Positions 1 to 10,400 of a DNA stretch of 64,000 nucleotides are shown piece after piece (the first letter of the stretch is position 1; each line of letters starts with the position of its first letter). This DNA comes from a bacterium (GTDB lineage: Bacteria > Zhuqueibacterota > Zhuqueibacteria > Residuimicrobiales > Krinioviventaceae). The stretch covers positions 128,001-192,000 of the forward strand of contig CAXXFV010000009.1 of NCBI GenBank assembly GCA_963674595.2, in the 5' to 3' direction. Both the position numbers and the translations under genes were made by a program. Under the pieces are notes generated by a model. The model was given only the letters and a program-made list of their open reading frames with translations. It searched no databases and was not told the DNA's origin.

Positions 1-90
1 AAGTATCCTTTAAAAAGTGTCATTTATTTAATTTAAAAATCTGTCTATTTTATTCTGCGGGATACTACTAAATAAAAGAGATAAGCTACT

Positions 91-3000
91 ATGCCACACC
101 CCCTATTTTCAACAAACCAGCAGGTAAGAAAAAAATCAAATCGTGATAATATTGGGGTAGTTATTAAGCATACAGGTATACGTCAGCAAATTCATTGGTA
201 CAAAGTAAATTTTAATGGACGTATAATTGTATGTCCCGAACATGATTTAGAATTGTTTGTTGGTGACTTAGACGTTGAATCTGAATTTGTTAGTGGGAAT
301 TTTGGAAGCAAAAAGGGATTTTCAAAATTATTGACATATAAGAAACTTATTTCATCTATCCGAAATAATATTTACGCACTATATGCATCAAAAACAGAAT
401 TTCATGCCTATCAATATAAACCATTGTTGAAGTTTTTAGAATCTCCCGATCAACGTCTTTTAATTGCAGATGAAGTTGGATTAGGAAAGACTATAGAATC
501 TGGATTAATACTTATTGAACAACGTGCCCGAAATCCAATTAGCAGGATTTTGATTGTATGTCCTTCTTCACTTACGAGAAAGTGGCGCGATGAAATGAGA
601 ATTCGATTCGATGAAGAATTCGAAATCATGAATAAATTTCGGTTGGAAGAATTTCTCGAAGATTTCTATCGAGATGGAAATAGTATAAAACTGAGAGGAA
701 TATGTAGTCTTCAATTATTGAGAAATAAGGAAATTCTTGCACAAATAGATGAGACAAATCCATCATTTGATTTAGTTGTAATAGATGAAGCTCATCACCT
801 TAGAAACTATTCCACCTTATCAAATAGAATGGGCAGATTGCTTGCCACTTTGACAGATGGAATGATATTGCTTACTGCTACACCAATTCATCTTGGTAGT
901 GAAGATTTGTTTAATCTTTTTAAAATTTTAAGACCGGGAGAATATGAGAATTTTTTCCTGTTTCAAAGGCGTTTAAATTTGAACAAATACATAATTGATG
1001 CAGAACGGGCAATTTTAAGCAGTCCCCCCAATATTCAATCTTGTCTTTCGAGTTTAAAAGAACTAAGAAATACCGAAGAAAATGAACGGTTTGAAAATGA
1101 TCCGGTTTATTGTAGAACTATCTCGCATTTAGAGGATGATCAACACTTATCGAGTAGACGTAAAATTATAGAACTACACCGTGACATTAATAGCTTGAGT
1201 ATGACAAGCAATATACTAACAAGAACTAGGAAACGGGAATTTCAAAAGCTCTCTAAAAGAACAGCACAAACTTTATCTCATAATTTCACTCCCGAAGAAA
1301 AGCGATTCTACGATGCTGTTACATCATACGTGCGATCTCAATATGAACACTATGGATATTTCGGTATTGGTGTATTCGTCGCAATGAACTATCAACGTCA
1401 AGTTGCAAGCTGTATTCCAGCTATGGTTAAACATTATCAAGAACAGCTTCAAATAAATGGAAATGATTCTGAAGTTACTGATTTAGAAATTGAAGATTGG
1501 ATCTCGAATAATAACTATGATGAGGATTATCAGGATAATCATAAAGAATTACTTGAGTTAATAGAATCATGTCAAATCACTGATGGGATCGATAGTAAAT
1601 ATGATAATTTTGTAGAACAAATAAAAAAGTTGGAACATGCCGAAACCGGAAGGAAGATATTAATATTTTCGTATTACAAGAAAACACTTAACTATCTTTC
1701 TGATAGGTTGTCAATGGATGGATTGAGAAATGTTGTTATTCATGGTGATGTGGAGCCGCAAGATAGATACGATTTAATTGACAAATTTAGAGAAGACTCG
1801 GATATAAAAATTCTGCTATCTTCTGAAGTTGGAAGTGAAGGCTTGGATTTCCAATTTTGTCATATTATGGTCAATTATGATTTACCATGGAATCCAATGA
1901 AAGTTGAACAGAGGATTGGAAGGTTAGATCGTTTTGGTCAAAAATCTGATAGAATTATTATCCTCAATATTGTTACGAGTGACACTATCGAAGAAAGAAT
2001 CTTGAATAGATTGTATAATAGAATTAATATTTTTACTGAATCAATAGGTGATTTAGAGCCAATATTAGGGGAGAAATTACATAACCTTCATTTAGAACTA
2101 TTAAAAAGCCACCTTGATGAAGGCGAAGAAAGCGAAAGAATTAAGCAGGTTGCTGACGCGATTGAAAGAGAAAGGCAACAAACGGAGAAGCTTGAGAAGG
2201 AAAGTACTAAATTAATAGGATTTGATGACTATTTCAACCAAGAACTTGGTAGATTGACCAAATATAAAAATTTTATTTCTGATGATGAATTAAAGGTGTT
2301 TTTAGAAGAGTATTTAATCGTAGAATATCCAAATGTAAAATTATATCCTCAAAAAAATCCAAAATTATTCAAAATACGGATTCCATTAGAACTTCTTAAC
2401 CAAATAAAAGAAAGTACGCTTCCTAACAATCAATTATTAAGAAAGTTCTTGAATGAATACTACAAACAAAATAGAAATGTTTTAATTACTTTTAATTCTG
2501 AGGAAGCTAACAAAAATAAGACTATTGAATTTATTAATTCAAACCATCCCTTAATCCAAATGATTGTTAAGCACTATGAATTCAAAAAGACAGAGCTGCA
2601 TCCTGTTTCAAAGATTAAGGTCAAATTTGATAAATTGCCATCTGGATATTATTTTTATTTTGTTTATTTAATTGAATTTTCTGGCGCAAGAGAGGAAAAA
2701 CGTCTGGAAAATATTGTAGTAAATTCAAAATCTTGTCAAGCTCTCACGGATGAATTGGCAGATGAATTAATTGGTGTTGCTAAGGTGCAAGGATCAGATA
2801 TTGATCTTCTCCCTAGTCATTTCGATATGAATCTAAGAAAGTCTTTCGATATCGCTTATGAAACAGCGCACAACATGCGTGAAGAAAGAGGAAATGAGTT
2901 AAGAACCATCAATGACAGCCTGATAGCTGAGCGGATCGGAAGCTTGCAAAAGTCTTTTAACTACAAAATAGGAAAAGCGAAATTGAGGTTGGAAACGGCA

Positions 3001-3156
3001 AGGGAGAAGAAATCAGATCATAGAATAATTCGAATGACTGAAAGCCAAATTAGAAATCTTGAGGACGAAAAAGAGCGTAAAATTAATGAAATGGAGATGA
3101 AGAGAACAGTTAGCAGTTCTCTAGAAGTAGTAGCCGCTGGTGTTATTGTGATATAA
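91..3156 (+). CDS. SNF2-family (RapA/DrmD-like) helicase
   Basis: Motifs LIADEVGLGKT, DEAHH, LLTATP, SEVGSEGLDFQ, QRIGRLDRFGQ; short N-terminal Tudor/SH3-like segment and coiled-coil C-terminus. Confidence 0.92.
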   Translation: MPHPLFSTNQQVRKKSNRDNIGVVIKHTGIRQQIHWYKVNFNGRIIVCPEHDLELFVGDLDVESEFVSGNFGSKKGFSKLLTYKKLISSIRNNIYALYASKTEFHAYQYKPLLKFLESPDQRLLIADEVGLGKTIESGLILIEQRARNPISRILIVCPSSLTRKWRDEMRIRFDEEFEIMNKFRLEEFLEDFYRDGNSIKLRGICSLQLLRNKEILAQIDETNPSFDLVVIDEAHHLRNYSTLSNRMGRLLATLTDGMILLTATPIHLGSEDLFNLFKILRPGEYENFFLFQRRLNLNKYIIDAERAILSSPPNIQSCLSSLKELRNTEENERFENDPVYCRTISHLEDDQHLSSRRKIIELHRDINSLSMTSNILTRTRKREFQKLSKRTAQTLSHNFTPEEKRFYDAVTSYVRSQYEHYGYFGIGVFVAMNYQRQVASCIPAMVKHYQEQLQINGNDSEVTDLEIEDWISNNNYDEDYQDNHKELLELIESCQITDGIDSKYDNFVEQIKKLEHAETGRKILIFSYYKKTLNYLSDRLSMDGLRNVVIHGDVEPQDRYDLIDKFREDSDIKILLSSEVGSEGLDFQFCHIMVNYDLPWNPMKVEQRIGRLDRFGQKSDRIIILNIVTSDTIEERILNRLYNRINIFTESIGDLEPILGEKLHNLHLELLKSHLDEGEESERIKQVADAIERERQQTEKLEKESTKLIGFDDYFNQELGRLTKYKNFISDDELKVFLEEYLIVEYPNVKLYPQKNPKLFKIRIPLELLNQIKESTLPNNQLLRKFLNEYYKQNRNVLITFNSEEANKNKTIEFINSNHPLIQMIVKHYEFKKTELHPVSKIKVKFDKLPSGYYFYFVYLIEFSGAREEKRLENIVVNSKSCQALTDELADELIGVAKVQGSDIDLLPSHFDMNLRKSFDIAYETAHNMREERGNELRTINDSLIAERIGSLQKSFNYKIGKAKLRLETAREKKSDHRIIRMTESQIRNLEDEKERKINEMEMKRTVSSSLEVVAAGVIVI

Positions 3157-3213
3157 AAACGATAATTAGTATCCTTGTACATTGAAGATTATTAAATTTT
3201 TTTATAGAAAACG

Positions 3214-4674
3214 ATGAAAAATATTGAAAAAGAAATACGAACTATCAATGTTGGCATAGATTTAGGCACTAGCAGTACTAAGGTCATTTATCAAATTGTG
3301 GAATTGGCCGGAGCAGGCCAGCAGAATGCGTTTATCTTTGATTTTGGAGATAATCCGGAAATTTATCCGCCATTAACATTACCATCCTATGTTATTGTGC
3401 ATGATGAGAAATATTATTTTGGTTTAGAAGCTTATTTAAAAATGGAAATATCTGAAGCAGAATTTACTTCTTTTAAGATGTGTGTTGCTTGTTTAATGGG
3501 GATCACCAAGTGCAAAAAATGTAATCAATATCAGACAAATTCATTTGATAGGGGAATATTTTCTTATAAAGAGATCGAAATTAATGCATATGACATAATG
3601 CTCTTTTATTTGGCATATGTTATGGGAATTGTATGTGAAAGCTTAAATAAAAAATATGGAGATCATTTCAGGCTTATTTACTCTTACAACGTTTCTTTTC
3701 CATTAAATTACCTGCAAAAAAAGGAAAATAATAAATTATTGGAAAAACTCGTGTTTTGGGCTGAAGATTTAAAAGATATTGTACATCAGGGAATCCCAGT
3801 AAAGATGGCAGCAGATGCATTGATAAAAACTTATAATAGAAAAAGCTATTTGCCAAAGATAGAAGAAAAATGCACCTTCGTCTTTTCAGAAACAATTGTC
3901 ACAATGCATTCATTTAGAGTCAGCGCCACTCATGATGATGGCTTGTATGCAATAATTGATATTGGTGCTGGGACAACTGACATTTCGTTTTTTCGGCTTG
4001 GAGAATCCAAAGGAGTTGATCCTCTCTTTTCAATTTATTTTGATCAAAGTCATAATATTGGCGGAGATAATTTTGACCAGACTCTTCTTGACTATCTTAT
4101 GATTAAATTTAAGAACGAAATTTTAAATTTTTCAAATTTTCTTGAAGTAATTAAATCTGCTAAACAAAAAATGTCAGACCAAAATTTATTTATCATTACT
4201 AACTTTTCATTAGAGTGGGGATTAAGAAAATTTCAAGACATTTGCAGTGAAAACTATGTCCAACTAAGGAATGCATTTAGAGAAACAAGGTGTTGTGCAT
4301 TTAAAAAAGAGCAAGATTGGAAACGTTGGGAAAATATCAATATTTTAATTATTGGAGGTGGATCGAAATTACCTTATATCAAGGACCCTATTTATAATAC
4401 TGATATACCACATTTTGACTGGAAGCCTACTTTTCCTGATCTGCAATTACCTGACAATTTAGATATAGTAGGATCGAATATATCTAAAAACAAATTAAAA
4501 GATATATTTTACTACTTCTATACTGCTCATGGTTTATCTTACCATTTTGATGAATATGAAAGGTCACATTATCCAGATACAGTTAGTAATTTTAGGCCAA
4601 AGAAAATTTATCGAAATTTTGTAGATATTGATGATCAATACTCAGGAATGCCTGATACAACAAGGCTTGAATAG
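3214..4674 (+). CDS. Actin/Hsp70-fold (ASKHA) ATPase, divergent
   Basis: Phosphate-1 VGIDLGTSSTKV, phosphate-2 IIDIGAGTTDISF, GGDNFD, adenosine motif IIGGGSK; Cys cluster CVAC-x6-CKKC; no DnaK substrate-binding domain. Confidence 0.85.
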   Translation: MKNIEKEIRTINVGIDLGTSSTKVIYQIVELAGAGQQNAFIFDFGDNPEIYPPLTLPSYVIVHDEKYYFGLEAYLKMEISEAEFTSFKMCVACLMGITKCKKCNQYQTNSFDRGIFSYKEIEINAYDIMLFYLAYVMGIVCESLNKKYGDHFRLIYSYNVSFPLNYLQKKENNKLLEKLVFWAEDLKDIVHQGIPVKMAADALIKTYNRKSYLPKIEEKCTFVFSETIVTMHSFRVSATHDDGLYAIIDIGAGTTDISFFRLGESKGVDPLFSIYFDQSHNIGGDNFDQTLLDYLMIKFKNEILNFSNFLEVIKSAKQKMSDQNLFIITNFSLEWGLRKFQDICSENYVQLRNAFRETRCCAFKKEQDWKRWENINILIIGGGSKLPYIKDPIYNTDIPHFDWKPTFPDLQLPDNLDIVGSNISKNKLKDIFYYFYTAHGLSYHFDEYERSHYPDTVSNFRPKKIYRNFVDIDDQYSGMPDTTRLE

Positions 4675-4894
4675 AATTCACATGCACTTGAATTCCTTTC
4701 GGGTGCGTAATTGAGCTGGGTATCTGCTCCAGAATATTTTAATCATCCCAAGGTTTTGAACTATAGGTATAGAAAAATAAACTTTTGGCCTTCACAGATA
4801 TAGATGGTCGTCGTTTACAATATAGTTCGTTCTCAAGCTCGATTATTACTATGTTAAATTGTAAAAAATTAATCATTATACCAAAGGTGGTAAA

Positions 4895-5851
4895 ATGACT
4901 TCATTTGGTAAAATTAAAAAACTTAAATTAAGAGATATTTGGCAAAAGGAAGCACATGATTTCACACCATGGTTAGCCAAAAATATTACAGGATTAGGTG
5001 AATCGATTGGTATGGAATTAGAGTTAAATACTATTGAAGCAAATGTTGGTGATTTTTCTTTAGATTTATTAGCAAATGATTTAGGAACAGGTAGTAGTGT
5101 TGTAATTGAAAATCAATTAACTCCTACAGATCATGACCATCTTGGTAAATTACTTACTTATGCAGCGGGATTTGATGCTAAAACAGTTGTATGGGTTGCA
5201 GAATCTATTCGAGATGAACATCGTCAAACATTAGAATGGTTAAACCAACGTACAGGCTCTGACACACAATTTTTTGCTGTAATAATTGAGGTTATACAAA
5301 TTGATGACTCAAAACCAGCTTATAATTTTCGGCCAGTTGTTTTTCCTAATGAATGGCAAAAATCAAGTAGACGTAAAGCAGATAGCAATATATCTACAAA
5401 GGGTGATGCATACAAATCGTTTTTCCAAAACTTGATTGATGATTTAAGAGAAAAACATAAATTTACAGGTGCTCGAATTGGTCAACCACAAAATTGGTAT
5501 GCCTTTTCAGCAGGAATAAGTGGAATTCAATTTTGTGCTGTCTTTAGTCAAGGTGGCAAAGTAAGAGTTGAAGCATATATTGATTTAGGAGATTATGATA
5601 AAAATAAAAAAGTTTTCGATAATTTATATGCCCAAAGAGAAAATATCGAACAAGAAATCGGTTTAAACTTAACATGGGAAAAACTCGAAGAAAAAAGAGC
5701 ATCTAGGATATCAATCTATCAAGATGGTTCAATTGAATCAAATGAAGAAGAATTGATCCAAATACATAATTGGATGATTGATAAATTATTAAAATTTAAA
5801 AAGGTATTTAAACCAAAATTTAATGTGATAATTAAAAAAATTGCCACCTAA
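4895..5851 (+). CDS. DUF4268-domain protein with N-terminal PD-(D/E)xK (NucS-like) nuclease domain
   Basis: LRDIWQKEAHDFTPWL, DLLA...VIENQL, DHDHLGKLLTYAAG; C-terminal IEQEIG..LTWEKL..KRASRI. Confidence 0.85.
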   Translation: MTSFGKIKKLKLRDIWQKEAHDFTPWLAKNITGLGESIGMELELNTIEANVGDFSLDLLANDLGTGSSVVIENQLTPTDHDHLGKLLTYAAGFDAKTVVWVAESIRDEHRQTLEWLNQRTGSDTQFFAVIIEVIQIDDSKPAYNFRPVVFPNEWQKSSRRKADSNISTKGDAYKSFFQNLIDDLREKHKFTGARIGQPQNWYAFSAGISGIQFCAVFSQGGKVRVEAYIDLGDYDKNKKVFDNLYAQRENIEQEIGLNLTWEKLEEKRASRISIYQDGSIESNEEELIQIHNWMIDKLLKFKKVFKPKFNVIIKKIAT

Positions 5852-6012
5852 CACAGGTTTAATCACTGACAAATAGTTGCACATTTTTAGGAATTAAGGA
5901 GATTTTTTTCTCGCCCTTGGGAAGATTCTCTGGATGTCATTAAATGGGGTATTTGCCCCTAAATATTTTGCACACCCGGCGGTTTCGTGTCACCCTTGGT
6001 GTTGTTGGCGGG

Positions 6013-6039
6013 TGTCACCCTGAGCGGAGTCGAAGGGTG
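6013..6039 (+). repeat. REP-like palindromic element
   Basis: TGTCACCCTGAGCGGAGTCGAAGGGTG resembles the widespread GTCACCCTGAGC..GTCGAAGG REP class; a partial TGTCACCCT copy lies at ~5987. Confidence 0.6.
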
Positions 6040-6220
6040 GGTAGGGCATAATTCCGATTTTTATTGACGCCCTGGAGTGGCATTTTAGGTGAGCTGGAGA
6101 GTTTTAGCAAATAACAAAGAGATGAAATGATAATGAATTCGCTAATTAAAATATTTTTATCTATTTTTCTTTTAGCATTATTAAATACTATATTATGGTA
6201 ATAAACTTGCGAGATACCCT

Positions 6221-7225
6221 ATGAATGAAAAATGTTTTGTAATAATGCCATTTACTACTCGAAAAGAGGATGAAATAAAATATAATGATAATAATCACTG
6301 GACAGAAGTATATGAAGGCTTGATTAAAAAGGTCTGTGAAGATATGTCAATTATATGCGAAAGAGATGACGTTGATAAATCACCAAGACATATTTTAAAT
6401 GGTATCCTAAATAAGATTGAAAAATATGATTTCGTGTTATGTGATCTATCCAGTTCAAATCCTAATGTACTATTCGAATTAGGGTGGGCAATGCGAGCAG
6501 ACAGACCTATTGTTTTAATAAATGATGATAGAACTGATTTTCTTTTTGATTTGAATCAATTTTATACATGTATATATGATAATAGGTTAAAGCCATCAAC
6601 ATTAGAAAAAAATAAAAAAGAATTGAGCGATACAATCCAAAGTCTCCTAAAAGGCAGTGAAGAACATCCATCTTTTGTAAAGCAATTAGCTTTGGAAGTT
6701 AATTCGCTTCAAAATGTATCAGATGTCAACCCTCAAGAATATCTATTAAAAAAGATTTATGAATCAGTTCAAGACTTTAAGCAAGGTTCAAAAAGCCAGG
6801 GGAAAAGCTCATTTGGGACTTGGACTTTTTACATTAATACTGCTATTGGCCATTTTAGTAGATTAAACACAATTTTAAATAATTGTAACAATTTAATAGA
6901 TGCTGAAAGACAAATATTAGACTTCGTAAATTTAAATAATTTATTCAGAAACCAAGCATATCAATTTTCTCTGATTGATATGAATCGAAGATTCATCTAC
7001 CATGACTGGAAGAATACTATTAATCCGATTGCAACCAAGATTTCTTTGGATTCGTTTAATATTTATGATATAATAATTGAAAATAAAACAGGTATTGTTG
7101 CCTGGCAAGATAACGGTAACAACGCTTTACAGAACTCTGTAGAAAGAAGAGAAAATATTGCTGTATATGCCTATATTAAAAATATTGAGGCTATACTTAT
7201 TTTCGAAATTCATAATAATCTATAA
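6221..7225 (+). CDS. Nucleoside 2-deoxyribosyltransferase-like (TIR/NDT fold) protein with a C-terminal Cache/PAS-like domain
   Basis: N-terminal CFVIMPF...DFVLCDLSSSNPNVLFELGWA; C-terminal FSLIDMNRRFIYH...ENKTGIVAW resembles Cache domains (weaker call). Confidence 0.7.
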   Translation: MNEKCFVIMPFTTRKEDEIKYNDNNHWTEVYEGLIKKVCEDMSIICERDDVDKSPRHILNGILNKIEKYDFVLCDLSSSNPNVLFELGWAMRADRPIVLINDDRTDFLFDLNQFYTCIYDNRLKPSTLEKNKKELSDTIQSLLKGSEEHPSFVKQLALEVNSLQNVSDVNPQEYLLKKIYESVQDFKQGSKSQGKSSFGTWTFYINTAIGHFSRLNTILNNCNNLIDAERQILDFVNLNNLFRNQAYQFSLIDMNRRFIYHDWKNTINPIATKISLDSFNIYDIIIENKTGIVAWQDNGNNALQNSVERRENIAVYAYIKNIEAILIFEIHNNL

Positions 7226-7230
7226 GTATT

Positions 7231-7362
7231 TCATAACAAAAAGCTCAACCTGACATCCAGGGCAAGCGCTTTTGGGATTGTTATCAGATGCTTTAATGGG
7301 TTGGATTATTTCTGCAAGGTCATACCGGTTCGGCCTAAGTGCAAGTTAACTAAATGTTATAA
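7231..7362 (+). mobile_element. Integron attC site (slightly degenerate)
   Basis: R'' TCATAAC 5 nt after the stop codon, L'' AGCTCAACCTGAC, L' GCAAGTTAACT, R' GTTATAA; 132 bp. Confidence 0.75.
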
Positions 7363-7415
7363 TAAAAAAATAATAAACTGTACAAAAGCGCAAGTTAATG
7401 TAGAGAATTATTGGA

Positions 7416-10400
7416 ATGACAGAGACTCAAAGACAAATAGATATAGCACGAAAAAGTTTACTTGATTTGACAAATCGAAATAGACTAATCAATTTTAAAT
7501 TAACCAAAAATACATCGCTGAAAGTAGTTGATGAATTACCAACGGAAATTTACAATCTTTTGGTAATTCAAGAAAAAAGCATGGCATTTAAAGCGACAAT
7601 TGAAAACTTAGATGATACGAAGAGCTTGGATTTATTTACTAATGTAGGTAATAAAAAAAATGATAATAGCTTTGCCAGAATTGATGATAGTGAATTACCT
7701 AAGAATTATACTGATTTGTTTCTTCAAACTGACCAGGTAAAGGAAAAGCTTTCTATTAAATTAAGAAAAATCTCGCAGGATGCGAGAGCAATATTAGAGG
7801 AACAAGGTTATAACATTTTATATTTAGCGCTTGGTTTCTTAGAGTATGAAGATGTTGAGCATGAAAGAACAAGACGTAAAGCTCCGCTCATATTAGTCCC
7901 GATTGAACTTTATAGAACTAAAGTAAAAAGTGATTTTAAGATAAAATGGACAGGTGAAGAAATATTGCACAACTTTGCTTTAAAGGAAAAATTAATAGAG
8001 CAAGGCATTATTTTACCAGATTTTGAGATGCCGGACGAAAAGTCTGAATTAGATAGATATTTTAATCGTGTTGAAAAGGAAATAAACACTCATGAAAATT
8101 GGCAGGTAAACAAAGACATTTACTTATCATTCTTTAGTTTTGCCAAATTTGTAATGTATAAAGATCTTGATGCCGATAGTTGGTCTGATATACATTTGTC
8201 TGAAAACAAACTGCTTGAAGGATTGTTTGAAAAAAATGAAGAGATTTTAACTGCAAATGATTTTAATGAAGATGATATTGATAAAAAGCTTGAAACAAAA
8301 AAGTTATTTCATATTTTAGACGCTGATCCATCACAGATATGTGTAATTGAAAATGCGAAAGCTGGTAAGAACTTAGTCGTAGAGGGGCCACCAGGAACAG
8401 GTAAATCACAAACCATAGCCAATATTATTGCTGAGTTACTTGCTAATGAAAAAACAGTATTGTTCGTTTGTGAAAAAATGGCAGCTCTTGAAGTGGTGAA
8501 AAAAAGATTGGACCAAACAGGTATTGGACAATTTTGTCTAGAACTACATAGTAAAAAAACAAACAAAAATGAGTTTTTGAAAGAGCTCGAAAAGTGTGCA
8601 TTTACAACTAGTGAAACAATACCAACATTTGACACTAAATTCAGCAATTTTGAAATATTAAAGAATGAGCTCAACGATTATGCGAAAACTTTAAGGACGA
8701 GGGTGGGAAATTTAGAATTTAATGTATATGAATTACTGATGCTAAAAGAGAAAAGTTTGTTGCATTTCGAAAGGGTGAAGAGAAATGAACTCGATTTATC
8801 GATTGGAGATTGGATTAATATAACTTCTGAGGATTATACCGAGGCAATAAAATCGCTTAATGACCTATCACAAACAATACAGCTTGTACAACCTATAAAT
8901 AAAAATCCATGGAAATGGTGTGCCCCAAATCAGATTATACTACCAAGTGATGTGAAAATTATCAAGGAGAAACTTAATTATGCCATTAGAAACCTAACTT
9001 TGTATGCAAATAGCTTAAAATTTTTATCAACCTTGAGTGGTATCAGAATTCCAAGAACCATGAGTAATCTTAAAGAAGCTGTTAATGCAGCTGTAATGAT
9101 TTCAAAAGCAGGAAAAGTTGATGAAAACGTACTTCTAAACGAAGAATGGAACACCCCTTCAAACATTGCAAGTAAGATTGTTGAAACGATTCGTAAAATA
9201 AAGAACCTTAAGCCTATATACTCACAAAAGTTTAGAAACAATGCATCCGGTTGCGATATTGTATTCTTATTGAAGGAATATAAAGAAACCTATAACAAAA
9301 TATTTAAAATTTTCTACCCACGCTACTATAAAACGAAGAAAATGCTAAAAAGTATTTATCTTAATTCAATCCAAAGAAACAAATATCTGATACTTGAAGA
9401 TCTTTTAATGTTGAAAGAATACATTAATGCTAAGAACTACATAAAAAATATCGAAACCAAGGGGCTTGCTCTCTTTGGAACACATTGGAATGGAGAAAAT
9501 AGTAATCCTGAAATGCTAGAGTATTTGTCGGGATGGCTTGTTTCATTCAGAAAGGAATTGGTCGCACAAACTTTAAGTAATAATTCACTTAAATTAGTCT
9601 CAAACGGGATTTCGAAGGAGAATATAGTAAAAACTTTGAAAAAACTAAAAACAGAGTATATTAATTTTGCACAATCTATTAAAACGTTAGATAGAATTTT
9701 AAAGCCAAATTATGATAAATATTTTGAAATGAAGTTTGAGAATGCAGATATTAATAAAATTTATAATTTACTAAAAATGTGGGAAAAGCATACTGACAGA
9801 ATTCAAAAATGGACACAATTTTTACCATATATTGAACGATGTAGAAAAACAATAGCATGGCCTATTGCTGATTATTTATTTATGAATAATTTATATTCAG
9901 AAGATATCGTCCCTAGTTTTCAAAGTTGCTTTGCTGACTTTTTTATCCGACATGCATTTGAAACGATGCCAACACTAAATAATTTTGTTGCAAATTTTCA
10001 TCAGAAGAGAATAAATTCCTTTATTGAAATTGACCAAGAATTAATTAAGTTAAATAGAGTGAGGTTATATAACAAATTAAGTGCTGCGAAACCCAAAATA
10101 TTCTATGGCATATCACCTGATTCTGAAGTGGGCCTTTTAGTGGGCGAGTTTAATAAAAAAAGGCGGCATATGCCAATAAGAAGACTCCTATCTGCAATAC
10201 CTAAATTAGTACAGAAAATAAAGCCGTGTTTTATGATGAGTCCAATCTCAATAGCACAATATTTAAAGCCAGGAAATGTTAAATTTGATGTGATTATATT
10301 CGATGAAGCGAGCCAAATCAAGCCACAAGATTCTTTAGGTGCATTTTTACGTGCAAAACAAGCTATTGTTATTGGGGACACAAGGCAATTACCACCAACA

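Noticed and set aside
91-4674. Complete DISARM or Zorya system, or housekeeping dnaK/rapA
   Set aside because: No methylase, DUF1998, PLD or ZorA/B genes in the window; the ATPase lacks the DnaK substrate-binding domain.
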